A program made the translations under genes and the position numbers. A stretch of 64,000 nt of DNA from Chitinophagales bacterium. GTDB lineage: Bacteria; Bacteroidota; Bacteroidia; Chitinophagales; JADIYW01. The notes beneath the pieces were generated by a model. It searched no databases and was not told where the DNA came from. It was given only the letters and a program-made list of their open reading frames with translations. This document shows positions 30,101 to 39,796 of this stretch, piece by piece (positions within the stretch are counted from its first letter, which is position 1; each line of letters opens with the position of its first letter). The stretch is taken from assembly GCA_044227665.1 (NCBI GenBank), contig JBGAWK010000004.1, positions 10,901-74,900 of the forward strand. Reading direction: 5' to 3'.

Positions 30101-30638
30101 GATGACGCTGTAATTCTATATAGTAGTCATCCCCAAATATTTCCCGCCACTCCATCAGTATCTTCTCGGCTTCCTCCTCACCTTTGTGGATGATGGCTTG
30201 AGGCACTTCGGCACCTATACAGCAGGAGGTAGCGATAATCCCTTCCGCATACTGCTTTATCAGTGATTTATCTACTCTGGGGAAATCATTGTACAATCCA
30301 TCTATAAACCCCAATGATACTATTTGCATTAAATTACTGTACCCTTTGGCGTTCTTTGCCATTAGCAATTGATGGTATCTTTTATCTCGGACATCTCTAG
30401 TAAATTTTTTCTGGAATCTATCTTCAACCACATACACTTCACAGCCTAATATTGGTTTTATCTTATATTTTTTTGCTGTAGAAAAAAATTTAAAAACTCC
30501 AAACATATTGCCATGATCCGTAATGGCTGCCGCAGGCATACCATTGGCAGCAGCCTTCTTCAGCATCACATCTATATCAGAGGCACCGTCCAATAAGGAA
30601 TATTGGGTATGGCAATGCAAATGGGCAAAATCACACAT
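27159..30638 (-). CDS. dnaE: DNA polymerase III alpha subunit
   Basis: PHP HLHCHTQYSLLDG, GRGSA, PDMDIDF, KMDFLGL, YAFNKSH; no intein seen. Confidence 0.98.
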   Translation of the reverse strand: MCDFAHLHCHTQYSLLDGASDIDVMLKKAAANGMPAAAITDHGNMFGVFKFFSTAKKYKIKPILGCEVYVVEDRFQKKFTRDVRDKRYHQLLMAKNAKGYSNLMQIVSLGFIDGLYNDFPRVDKSLIKQYAEGIIATSCCIGAEVPQAIIHKGEEEAEKILMEWREIFGDDYYIELQRHHIEDIDGTGWSQEAVNQVLVKLARKNDIKIIATNDSHYVNLADAKAHDILLCLQTGKDISDPDRFKFANDQFFFKTQEEMKELFKDIPEAIENTLEIAEKVQHLSLERDVLLPAYTIPESFATQDDYLEFLTYDGAKRRWGDLIPISIKERLDFELSVIRDMKFPGYFLIVQDFIGEAKRLGVAVGPGRGSASGSAVAYAIGITNVDPIKYNLLFERFLNPERVSMPDMDIDFDDVGRQKVIDYVIHKYGQSQVAQIITYGTMAAKSAIRDVARVLKLPLSESDKLAKLVPEVPKITLKTAYSDVPELKDIRENDTTLRGQTLQLAEELEGSIRNRGIHAAGVIIAPGDIKNFVPVCKAKDSDLLVTQFDGKYIESAGMLKMDFLGLKTLTILNFAVQLIEKNYGTKLDLDEIPLDDSKTYELYQRGETIGTFQFESEGMQKHLKDLKPDCFEDLIAMNALFRPGPMEYIPNYIKRKHGKETVHYDLPEMEEYLKDTYGITVYQEQVMLLSQKLGGFSKARADDLRKAMGKKDKVKLDSLKPQFMEGAQQRGLDVQVLEKVWTDWEAFASYAFNKSHSTCYAYIAFHTAYLKAHYPAEFMAAVLSHNMNNVKDIYFFMNECRRMNIAILGPDINESDIKFAVNKKGEIRYALSAIKGVGEAAVSGIISEREANGSFEDVFDFVKRVNLRAVNKKNIEMLAQAGAFDSFANIHRAQYFVENKDGGSYVDRLIRFGNQYKQQKESSTISLFGGNSDDMIIPPDVPHANKYDDFTRLQKEKEVMGIYLTGHPLDEFDITISMYAQATLSNIMDFKNRNSIAVAALITDVQKKMDSKGRYFAIVKIEDLEGDMELRFFSEDYNKFMSYFEIGNRLLFQGFLRPYYNDNERYEFKISNIQYLQDVLELKAKGMVVAALYTDVNDEFIDILFKLLKKNKGKKIFYLYLIDENNEKLQFHSKSYMVEISETFILNLSKFLPCKVKII

Positions 30639-30697
30639 AATAACTATCTCTCCAAATATCCCTACTTATGAGGAGTACAGCAAGAGGATTGCAATAT

Positions 30698-31594
30698 TTA
30701 TTTTTGCACAGTCTTTTCGGTGATAAGATTTTGGGATAAATCCATGTCTTCATGATTATTTGCAGAAATTACGCCCTGATCTTCCAATTTCTTTACCAAA
30801 TAATATATTTGCTCCTTCACTTTGAAAGTAGTTGCAGTAGAATGGCCTACCGCAATATTAAAGCGAAGAATAAGTGTTACACTACCATTATCAAATTCCT
30901 TGAGATATACTGACGGTTGCGGTGCATTTAGGATTTCCGGCATAGCCTTCAGAAGTATCCAAATTTCTTCACGGAGTGCTGAAATATCTATATTAGGTTT
31001 TACCTGAAATTCTATATCCGATTGCACACTACCGAGTTTAGTATAATTTGTTAGAATTTCGCCTGTAAGCTTTCCATTTGGAATAATCACAGTCTTATTA
31101 TCGTTCGTAATCATGATGGAATTAAATAATTGGATTTCTCTGACTCTACCCACTTTATTATGTGCTTCAATCACGTCGCCAATTTTGAAAGGTTTGAACA
31201 TGATTATAAGTACACCTCCGGCAAAATTTGCCAAACTACCCTGTAATGCAAGACCTATGGCAAAGGATGCAGCACCTAATACAGCAACAATTGATGTAGT
31301 TTGTATGCCTACAATATTCAATACTACCAAAATCAGAGCTCCCCTCAATCCAAAATGAATCAGATTCTTCATAAAAGACTTTAGTGAAGCATCCATTTTC
31401 TTGTAATGTTCTAGCCTTTCATCAAATTTTTCTAAAATTTTGTTGATTATCCACCACCCTAATGCCAAGATTACAACTGCTGCTGCAATTTGGACGATAT
31501 AATGCAATGAATTTGAAAACAATGTGTTTATTTGTTCATCGGCACCTTTACCTAAGATTTTAGACAACAAACCTTCTCTATTACTATATTTCAT
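30698..31594 (-). CDS. mscS: Small-conductance mechanosensitive channel
   Basis: GAASFAIGLALQGSLANFAGG..KPFKIGD, IPNG. Confidence 0.92.
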   Translation of the reverse strand: MKYSNREGLLSKILGKGADEQINTLFSNSLHYIVQIAAAVVILALGWWIINKILEKFDERLEHYKKMDASLKSFMKNLIHFGLRGALILVVLNIVGIQTTSIVAVLGAASFAIGLALQGSLANFAGGVLIIMFKPFKIGDVIEAHNKVGRVREIQLFNSIMITNDNKTVIIPNGKLTGEILTNYTKLGSVQSDIEFQVKPNIDISALREEIWILLKAMPEILNAPQPSVYLKEFDNGSVTLILRFNIAVGHSTATTFKVKEQIYYLVKKLEDQGVISANNHEDMDLSQNLITEKTVQK

Positions 31595-31805
31595 CGGAAA
31601 ATAAAAAATTTATACAGTGTTATTTCAATTTAACGAAAGTAAAAAATAAAAGTAAACATTTTGTCATGATATAATTAACATTCACGATTTTAATTAGTTT
31701 GCAATTATTTCATTAAATTTGATACCTATATTTGCCCTATAATTTTAAAATGCTTGTTTTTTTGAAATTATTTTATTTTTATTTATATTACAAAATAAAT
31801 TACAA

Positions 31806-32285
31806 ATGGCAAAGTTTAATTTAGATCAGACAGACGTAAAAATTTTAAGTTACTTGATGGAAGATGCCAAAATGCCTTATACAGACATTGCAAAGGCATT
31901 ATTTATCTCCAGTGGCACAGTACATGTACGTATCAAAAAATTGGAAGAGATGGGCGTCATCAAAAGTTCTAATCTCCATATCAACCAAAGTACTATGGGC
32001 TTTGACATCACAGCCTTTCTAGGCATATATCTGAGTAAAAGTTCAAAATATAGTGTGGTAGCCAAAGAACTGGAAAAAATATCAGAAGTCATTGAACTAA
32101 ACTATACTACAGGCATGTACTCTATGTTTGTAAAAGTAGTATGCAAAGATACGAAACATCTACGTGACCTTCTTCACGACAAGATACAGCAGATAGAAGA
32201 TATCACTCGCACAGAGACTTTTATTATATTGGAAGAGAGCATAATCAGACCTATCCAATTGGATGCCGATGAATATCCAGAATAG
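31806..32285 (+). CDS. asnC: Lrp/AsnC family transcriptional regulator
   Basis: LDQTD..IL..L.EDA, GTVHVR HTH, YTTG.YSMF, TETFI. Confidence 0.85.
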   Translation: MAKFNLDQTDVKILSYLMEDAKMPYTDIAKALFISSGTVHVRIKKLEEMGVIKSSNLHINQSTMGFDITAFLGIYLSKSSKYSVVAKELEKISEVIELNYTTGMYSMFVKVVCKDTKHLRDLLHDKIQQIEDITRTETFIILEESIIRPIQLDADEYPE

Positions 32286-32346
32286 TTTTCTACTTATGTA
32301 GATTCTTTTTCTTAGAATATGTAAATGCTAATAATATTTTTGCGCT

Positions 32347-33720
32347 ATGCAAGTTTATGAGAATATTTTAGGGACAATAGGTAATACGCCTATCGTAAAA
32401 ATCAATAGGATAACGGCAGATATCCCTGCACAAATATATGTAAAGATAGAGACTACCAATCCCGGCAACTCTATCAAAGATCGCATGGCACTAAAGATGG
32501 TAGAAGATGCTGAAGCCTCTGGCAAATTAAAGCCAGGAGGCACTATCATAGAATGTACTTCTGGCAACACAGGTATGGGACTGGCTATAGCCGCTTGTGT
32601 AAAGGGCTATAAATGCATATTTACCACTACCGACAAGCAATCAAAGGAAAAAGTTGATATCCTCAGAGCCTTCGGTGCTGAAGTTATTGTATGCCCCACA
32701 AATGTTACCGCCGAAGACCCTCGCTCCTACTATGCCGTTGCACAGCGCCTCTCTAAGGAGATACCTAACAGTGTATGGATGAACCAGTATGACAACCTCT
32801 CCAATCGCCAAGCACATTATGAACAGACCGGCCCCGAGCTATGGAGACAGACTGACGGCAAAATAACGCATCTTGTAGTAGGTGTAGGCACAGGTGGGAC
32901 TATCTCCGGTGCAGGCAAATACCTGAAAGAACAAAATCCCCATATCAAAATGTGGGGTATAGACACGTATGGTTCTGTATTTAAGAAATATCATGAAACG
33001 GGTATCTTTGATACAAATGAAATATACCCCTACAGCACAGAAGGTATTGGAGAAGACATATTACCCGAAAATGTGGACTTCAGCGTTATAGACTACTTCG
33101 AGAAAGTTACAGATAAGGATGCCGCCATCATGACAAGAAGGCTGGCAAGAGAGGAAGGTATATTTGTAGGCAACTCCGCTGGTTCGGCAGTCGCAGGTTT
33201 ACTTCAGCTCAAAGACAAATTGGCAAAAGATGACTTTGTAGTCATCATTCTGCACGATCACGGCTCTAGATATATGGCCAAAATATTTAATGACGACTGG
33301 ATGCGAGAAAGAGGATTTCTGCCTCCTCTACAACTTCAAAAGACACCTTCGGTAAAAGATATTTTAGCAAAGAAACACAATAAAAACTTCCACAGCCTAC
33401 AAGCTACTGCCACGCTGGAAGATGCGCTAAAGCTCTTCAAAGATCAAGACATCTCTCAGATTCCCGTAGCAGATGGAGACAAATTCATCGGCAGCATTAG
33501 TGAAAAAAATATTCTCAAGTTGCTCATAGAATCCCCGGAAAGTAGAAATGCGCCATTGGATTCGCACCTGTCACCTCCTTTTCCTACTGTACAATTACAC
33601 GACGATTTGGCAAAGGTTTCCAATATGATTACCAAAGAAAATTCGGCAGTACTGGTATATGACAATGATGCCAGACCACACCTTATCACGCAATACGACC
33701 TTATCCAAAATATTGCATAA
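32347..33720 (+). CDS. Cystathionine beta-synthase with CBS domains
   Basis: NPGNSIKDR, TSGNTG, GTGGT, EGIG; C-terminal CBS pair. Confidence 0.9.
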   Translation: MQVYENILGTIGNTPIVKINRITADIPAQIYVKIETTNPGNSIKDRMALKMVEDAEASGKLKPGGTIIECTSGNTGMGLAIAACVKGYKCIFTTTDKQSKEKVDILRAFGAEVIVCPTNVTAEDPRSYYAVAQRLSKEIPNSVWMNQYDNLSNRQAHYEQTGPELWRQTDGKITHLVVGVGTGGTISGAGKYLKEQNPHIKMWGIDTYGSVFKKYHETGIFDTNEIYPYSTEGIGEDILPENVDFSVIDYFEKVTDKDAAIMTRRLAREEGIFVGNSAGSAVAGLLQLKDKLAKDDFVVIILHDHGSRYMAKIFNDDWMRERGFLPPLQLQKTPSVKDILAKKHNKNFHSLQATATLEDALKLFKDQDISQIPVADGDKFIGSISEKNILKLLIESPESRNAPLDSHLSPPFPTVQLHDDLAKVSNMITKENSAVLVYDNDARPHLITQYDLIQNIA

Positions 33721-34511
33721 TGTATAGCAATTTGGATAGGATAAAACACTATTTGTCCTACAAGAAAAAGGCGAAGTCGGCATTTCGGCTTCATTCCCCT
33801 TTTGTATTTGATTTTTATAGGCACGTGCTACATGACAAGAAACCTTATGAGGCTTACACTCTTGTTGAAAATTTTCGCAAGCTATCAAAAAAAGATAGTA
33901 CGCAAATAGAAATTACCGACTTCGGTGCTGGCTCTCGCATATTCGATGGCAATATCAGAAAAGTAAAAGATATAGCCAACACAAGTTTGAAGCCCAAAAA
34001 GTATGCCCAACTCTTGTTTCGCATAGCCCAATATTATAAGCCTGAATACATCCTGGAGCTAGGTACTTCACTTGGCATTACCACGGCATATTTGGCAAAA
34101 GGAAACCCCAAAGCCAAAATCCTCACTATGGAAGGATGCCCTGAAATTGCAGGAGTAGCCCAAAAGAATTTTGAACTATTAGAACTCTCAAATATAGAGA
34201 TATTGATAGGTAATTTTGATGATACCTTGCCAAAACTCTTAGCATCCAATCCAAAGTTTTCCTTGGTTTTCATAGATGGCAACCACAGATATGAGCCTAC
34301 CCTACGCTATCTTTCACTACTTTTACCTTATCTAGATAACGATGCCTTTCTAATATTCGATGACATCCACTGGTCGGAAGAGATGGAGAAGGCTTGGCAT
34401 GACATTCAGCAACATACGGAAATCACCATGACTGTTGACCTCTATGAAATAGGCTTGGCATTTATCCGCAAAGAGAAAAAAGAGAAAGAAAATTTTGTGC
34501 TAAAATTTTGA
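33720..34511 (+). CDS. Class I SAM-dependent methyltransferase
   Basis: HSPFVF, LELGTSLG, FIDGNH, DDIHWS. Confidence 0.88.
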   Translation: MYSNLDRIKHYLSYKKKAKSAFRLHSPFVFDFYRHVLHDKKPYEAYTLVENFRKLSKKDSTQIEITDFGAGSRIFDGNIRKVKDIANTSLKPKKYAQLLFRIAQYYKPEYILELGTSLGITTAYLAKGNPKAKILTMEGCPEIAGVAQKNFELLELSNIEILIGNFDDTLPKLLASNPKFSLVFIDGNHRYEPTLRYLSLLLPYLDNDAFLIFDDIHWSEEMEKAWHDIQQHTEITMTVDLYEIGLAFIRKEKKEKENFVLKF

Positions 34512-34632
34512 TAGCCATCATAAAACGGTACAAATAATATCCGCAATTGTGGAGTAATCTCTTGAATTTTATCTTACACCAAAATATCCAAACGCAAACC
34601 CCTGCTCTTCAACATAAGATAGAAAAAGAATA

Positions 34633-35115
34633 TCAAAGACCTTTTGCCAATTCCTGCAAATTATCTTTTTCTATCTTTACGGTAATCCAAGAGGAATCTA
34701 AGCTAGCATTTAGTGTCTTATAGAACTCTATAGCTGGCGTATTCCAATCCAATACATGCCAACGGAGTTGGTTAACCCCATTTTTACTACCTTCTCTTAT
34801 CAATTCATTGACGAGTAATCTACCTATGCCCATACGTCTATGACTATCTCTTACGATAAGATCATCCAAATATATCATCTTACCCTTCCATGTAGAATAT
34901 CCATAATAATACACTGCGGCACCCACTACCACTTCTCCATCTTTGGCTACATAAGCTTTGTAATAAGGCTGTTCACATGTTCCCTCATAAAAAAAATTGG
35001 CAAAAGTATTGGAGGGTTCCTCCGGCTCTTTCTCATAAATAGCAAGTTCTTTTATCAAAGTGTAAATTCCTTGTAAATCATCTGGTGTAGCTCTAGAAAT
35101 TTCAATATTTTTCAT
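34633..35115 (-). CDS. GNAT N-acetyltransferase (spermidine/diamine acetyltransferase-like)
   Basis: ELAIYEK, YSTWKG..YLDDL.V..RRMGIG, VLDWNTPAIEFY. Confidence 0.88.
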   Translation of the reverse strand: MKNIEISRATPDDLQGIYTLIKELAIYEKEPEEPSNTFANFFYEGTCEQPYYKAYVAKDGEVVVGAAVYYYGYSTWKGKMIYLDDLIVRDSHRRMGIGRLLVNELIREGSKNGVNQLRWHVLDWNTPAIEFYKTLNASLDSSWITVKIEKDNLQELAKGL

Positions 35116-35153
35116 CCTGCAATACTTTATATTTGCAAAGGCAAAAATACACA

Positions 35154-36143
35154 ATGATGCAAAGACTTATTACCATAGATGAATTTATTAGCTCAGAACA
35201 ACAAAAATTTTCTAAGGCCACGGGCGAACTTTCCAGACTATTGAGAGATATAAGCGTAGCTGCTAAGATAGTAAACAGAGACCTACGCCATGCCGGATTA
35301 GTAGATAATATTCTCGGTAATACTGGCAATGTAAATATACAAGGTGAAGAGGTAAAGAAATTGGACGAATTTGCCAACACTATACTTATTAAGTGCCTGA
35401 AAACCAGTGGTGAATGTTGCGGCATAGCTTCAGAGGAAGAAGATACTTTTGTAAGTTTTCATAAAGATGAAGAAAGTAGTACTGCCAAGTATGTAGTACT
35501 TTTCGACCCTTTGGACGGTTCTTCCAACATAGATGTTCTAGCACCTGTAGGTACTATCTTTTCTATATATAGGAGAATTTCTCCATTAGGCAGCCCCTGC
35601 ACTACAGCAGATTTCCTCCAGCCGGGAAAAAAGCAAATAGCGGCAGGATATATTTTATATGGCTCCAGTACTATGATGGTATATACCACAGGAAATGGTG
35701 TAAATGGGTTCACCTTAGATAATTCTATTGGAGAGTTTTGTCTTTCCCACCCCCATATTCACACGCCTGAGGAGGCAACTACCTACTCCATAAATCAGGG
35801 TAATTACAACTCTTTTCCCGATGATGTAAAAGAATTTGTCAACGACTGTATGGATGACACTAAGCACAAGCCCTTTTCTCTAAGATATATAGGTTCTATG
35901 GTAGGTGACTTTCACCGAAATCTTATCAAAGGAGGTATTTTCATGTATCCAAAGGATAAAAAATCAGGTAAGGGAAAGCTTCGTCTGATGTATGAATGTA
36001 ATCCTATGGCATTTCTACAGGAGCAGGCTATGGGTATCGCCACAGATGGTACACAGCCTATTATGGACATCATCCCTCATGAACTACACCAAAGAGTTCC
36101 TATATTTATAGGCTCCAAGAATCTTGTGCAGCGGTTCTTATGA
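35154..36143 (+). CDS. fbp: Class 1 fructose-1,6-bisphosphatase
   Basis: GEEVKKLD, SEE, DPLDGSSNID, RYIGSMV.DFHR, KLRLMYE. Confidence 0.96.
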   Translation: MMQRLITIDEFISSEQQKFSKATGELSRLLRDISVAAKIVNRDLRHAGLVDNILGNTGNVNIQGEEVKKLDEFANTILIKCLKTSGECCGIASEEEDTFVSFHKDEESSTAKYVVLFDPLDGSSNIDVLAPVGTIFSIYRRISPLGSPCTTADFLQPGKKQIAAGYILYGSSTMMVYTTGNGVNGFTLDNSIGEFCLSHPHIHTPEEATTYSINQGNYNSFPDDVKEFVNDCMDDTKHKPFSLRYIGSMVGDFHRNLIKGGIFMYPKDKKSGKGKLRLMYECNPMAFLQEQAMGIATDGTQPIMDIIPHELHQRVPIFIGSKNLVQRFL

Positions 36144-36862
36144 GAATGGGAAATTATTTTCTCATCACGCTACTATGTAACATTACTATTATTTATGGAA
36201 AATTCAGCACAAGTATATATAGGCTACATTCTGGCATAGGCATCCCAATATTTTCCATAGCCACAGGAGTGGGTATCAGTAGTATTTTTTTAGAAAAAAA
36301 TATCTGCAATAAGTTTGGAAGAGGTGCAAAATTTAGATAAGAATACCCTAAATAGTTTTGACCATTATGCCGTAAGCCAACATTCCATTGCAGCAGAAAA
36401 ATGTAGTGATGCTTACCAATATTACTCCCGGTCTATGATTTGCAGGCAAAAATGCTAGCAACCATTGGAAATATATTATTCCAATGTGGATAGAAACGTT
36501 CACTTTCAATACAGCCTTTAATTTAAGCATTAAAGCTCTTGCAGGACGGATAAGACCCTATGCTTATCGCTTGAGCGACAGAAGTTATGGTAAATCAGCG
36601 CGAAGTTCTTTCTATTCAGGACACACATCATCTTCAGCGTCATCCACATTTTTTACAGCTACGGTCTATTCGCGATTATATCCTAATAGTAGAGGGGGAA
36701 GCCAGTAGTATGGGCAGGTGCGGCACTACGCCCAGCAATTGCAGGCATTTGTAGAGTAGCAGCAGGACAGCATCATTGGACAGATGTCATCACGAGATAT
36801 GCCATAGGAGCATGTATAGGCACACTTGTTTCCTTTTGCATCAAAAAAAATTTGAAAATAAA
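36140..36862 (+). pseudogene. Fragmented PAP2 family phosphatase
   Basis: Motifs KALAGRIRP and SFYSGH in one frame, RVAAGQHHWTD in another; several stops/frameshifts; boundaries approximate. Confidence 0.78.
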
Positions 36863-36924
36863 ATCCCCACAAAAAAGGCTGTCACATTGTAAATATATCA
36901 TATTAAATCATAATTTTACGGTTT

Positions 36925-38595
36925 ATGGCTGAATATACGCCTTTATATCCCAATGCCTCAGACATGCCTATAGCACGTATAGCGCGCCGTCGTGAAGAGA
37001 TATTGGAGAAAGTCATAGAAAACAGTTTGGAATATATAGAAGACCATTACCCCAAGAACTTTGCCATCAGAAAAGAAATAGCTAAGACCTTGTATTTGGA
37101 GCGTATCCGCATTCGCAACGAATCTTGGGAAGTAGATCCCGAAGATGAGCCTCAGTTCTGGTCCGACATCAAAAGATCTTTATCTAATAGCGATCCAAAT
37201 CTTACTGAAAAAGACGAAGCACAGCGTGTAGAAAAAGAGATGGCAAAGAAGATAATATCTAGATATGCACAAGAGATTATCAGCAATTTCGACACAAAAG
37301 TATATAAGTTTGCAGAGCAATTTTTGCCTCGATTCTTTGGCAGATTATTGAATGGCACCACCTTGGGGTGGCGCGGTTTTTTTAGCCCCAAAGTATTGCT
37401 GGAGAACCGATTGTTTGTCACTGGTCCCATAGAAAAGATACGCAGACTAGCTACAAAGGGCACCATAATATTAGTACCTACACATTTCAGCAATCTGGAT
37501 TCTATCATTATTGGATTTGGGATGCATACTATTGGGTTGCCTGCCTTTCAGTATGGAGCAGGTCTAAATCTTTTTAACAGCAAACTTGTAGCCTTCTTTA
37601 TGGGCAACTTAGGTGCTTACAAGTTGGATAGACGTAAGAAAAATCCATTGTATCTAGAAACGTTAAAAGCATTCTCACGAATAAATATCTTAGAAGGTGC
37701 CAATACTATTTTCTTTCCTGGGGGTACCCGCTCACGTTCTGGAGCAATAGAAAAAGACTTGAAACTTGGACTCTTGGGAACGGTATTAGACGCACAAAGG
37801 GCTCACTACGAAAATATATCCACCGACAAGCCTACAAAAATTTTTATCCTTCCTCTCACTACAAGTTATCACTTTGTATTGGAAGCCTCGTCCTTGATAG
37901 AAGAAGAGCTGAAACGTAGTGGCAAGGAACAATTTATTCTCCCTGATGACCAATTTAGCAACTGGAAAGCGTGGATAAAATTCTTTAAAGAACTATTTCT
38001 CAATTCCTCAGAAATTACGCTTTCCCTCAGCGACCCCATGGATGTATTTGGTAACAAACTAGATGACGACGGTAACAGTATAGACACCTATGGCAATAAT
38101 ATTCCTATCCAAAATTATTTTTCTACTAAAGGGAAAATGAAAGCTGATGAACAACGCGAACAAGAATACACTAGGTTGTTAGGAGATATTTTAGTAGAAA
38201 AATTTCATACAGGCAATACCGTTTACTCTTCTCATTTAGTATGTTTTACTGCCTTTGAAATAATCAAGCAGCGCAATAAAGACTTAGACTTGTACTCATT
38301 GCTGAGATTGCCTGAGGAAGATAGAGAAATAGACTGGGATGATTACATCTTTACTTGCAGCAGAGTCCGTGATGAAATTTATCATCTCAACAACAATAAC
38401 AAAATTAAGATTGCGCCACATATTACTGGAGAAATAGAGGAAGTGATAGAGCATGGCATCCGTAATGTAGGCATGTATCATGCCCAAGTACCTATACTCA
38501 GGCTAGAAAATGGCAATATGAGTTCTGAAGACTTGAAATTATTATTTTACTACCATAATAGACTAGAGGGGTATGAACTTCATAAGTACATCTGA
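36925..38595 (+). CDS. PlsB-like glycerol-3-phosphate acyltransferase
   Basis: THFSNLD (HxxxxD), GAYKLDR, FPGGTRSRSG; upstream of gpsA. Confidence 0.82.
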   Translation: MAEYTPLYPNASDMPIARIARRREEILEKVIENSLEYIEDHYPKNFAIRKEIAKTLYLERIRIRNESWEVDPEDEPQFWSDIKRSLSNSDPNLTEKDEAQRVEKEMAKKIISRYAQEIISNFDTKVYKFAEQFLPRFFGRLLNGTTLGWRGFFSPKVLLENRLFVTGPIEKIRRLATKGTIILVPTHFSNLDSIIIGFGMHTIGLPAFQYGAGLNLFNSKLVAFFMGNLGAYKLDRRKKNPLYLETLKAFSRINILEGANTIFFPGGTRSRSGAIEKDLKLGLLGTVLDAQRAHYENISTDKPTKIFILPLTTSYHFVLEASSLIEEELKRSGKEQFILPDDQFSNWKAWIKFFKELFLNSSEITLSLSDPMDVFGNKLDDDGNSIDTYGNNIPIQNYFSTKGKMKADEQREQEYTRLLGDILVEKFHTGNTVYSSHLVCFTAFEIIKQRNKDLDLYSLLRLPEEDREIDWDDYIFTCSRVRDEIYHLNNNNKIKIAPHITGEIEEVIEHGIRNVGMYHAQVPILRLENGNMSSEDLKLLFYYHNRLEGYELHKYI

Positions 38596-39634
38596 CAAAC
38601 CTCCTATCGGCGTGATAGGTTCCGGTAGTTTTGGTACTGCCATAGCCAATCTTTTAGCTGAGAATAACGATGTCATCCTTTATGCCCGTAGAGATGAAGT
38701 AATCCATGCTATCAACATGGACAAATCCCATATTGGACAAATAATACATACTAGGGTTTTTGCTACTAAAGACATAGAATTTTTGTGCAAGAATTGCTAT
38801 CTCATCTTTCCCAGTGTGCCCTCAGACAGTTTCAGGACTGTAATGAAGCAGTTTGCTCCATATCTTCGTCCCGATCATATTTTGATACATACTACCAAGG
38901 GATTAGACATCAAACTTCCTGAAGAGAAAACCCTGCTGGATAATGACATTTCACTTTCCACCAAAGATATAATCACCATGAGTAAGGTTATCATGCAAGA
39001 AACCTTGGTGAAGCGTATAGGATGTCTTTCGGGTCCCAATCTTTCCAAAGAGCTGGCAGATAAGCAGCCAGCAGCTACTGTTATAGCCTCTAAGTTTGAT
39101 GAAGTAATCAGAGAAGGTGAATTTGCGATAAGAAGTATTAGATTCCAGACCTATGGCAACTCCGACATCTTAGGTGTAGAGCTCGCAGGCGTATTGAAAA
39201 ATACTATGGCCATAGCCGCCGGAGTAGTTGGCGGTCTTGGATATGGACACAATGCTTCCGCCTTCCTTATTGCCAGAGGACTGGGAGAGATAATACGCAT
39301 AGGTGCGGCACTAGGAGCTATGCCTTCGGCATTTCTAGGCATTGCAGGCATAGGTGATTTGGTAGCCACATGCACCAGTCCCCTAAGTAGAAATTATACT
39401 GTAGGCTATAGACTAGCTAAAGGCGAGAAGCTTTCTGAAATCATTGCCACATCTTCAGAAGTAGCAGAAGGCATCAAAACGGTAAATATTTGCAAAAAAC
39501 TATCCGAAAAAATGGATATACGAATCCCAATAATAGAGACTACATACAAAGTATTATATGAAAATCTTGCAGTAAGCGAAGCCGTCAAATATCTTATGAA
39601 TTACAGATGGATAGCTGATGTAGATTTTATATAA
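38573..39634 (+). CDS. gpsA: NAD(P)H-dependent glycerol-3-phosphate dehydrogenase
   Basis: GSGSFGTA, SGPNL, LKN..AIAAG, GDLVATC...SRN, VAEG. Confidence 0.95.
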   Translation: MNFISTSDKPPIGVIGSGSFGTAIANLLAENNDVILYARRDEVIHAINMDKSHIGQIIHTRVFATKDIEFLCKNCYLIFPSVPSDSFRTVMKQFAPYLRPDHILIHTTKGLDIKLPEEKTLLDNDISLSTKDIITMSKVIMQETLVKRIGCLSGPNLSKELADKQPAATVIASKFDEVIREGEFAIRSIRFQTYGNSDILGVELAGVLKNTMAIAAGVVGGLGYGHNASAFLIARGLGEIIRIGAALGAMPSAFLGIAGIGDLVATCTSPLSRNYTVGYRLAKGEKLSEIIATSSEVAEGIKTVNICKKLSEKMDIRIPIIETTYKVLYENLAVSEAVKYLMNYRWIADVDFI

Positions 39635-39796
39635 CAAAATCATTATAGACTTTTACCTAAAGTGTGGATATTACATATTATTTATTCTCAAAATAAATAT
39701 TCATTTTTAACATCATAAATCACAATCTATCTAATACAATTCTGTTATTTTGACATGAATTACATTTTGGTAGGTTTTTTGAACTGATAGTATTTT

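Noticed and set aside
27159-30638. Intein or split dnaE
   Set aside because: Normal length with continuous motifs; no intein signatures seen
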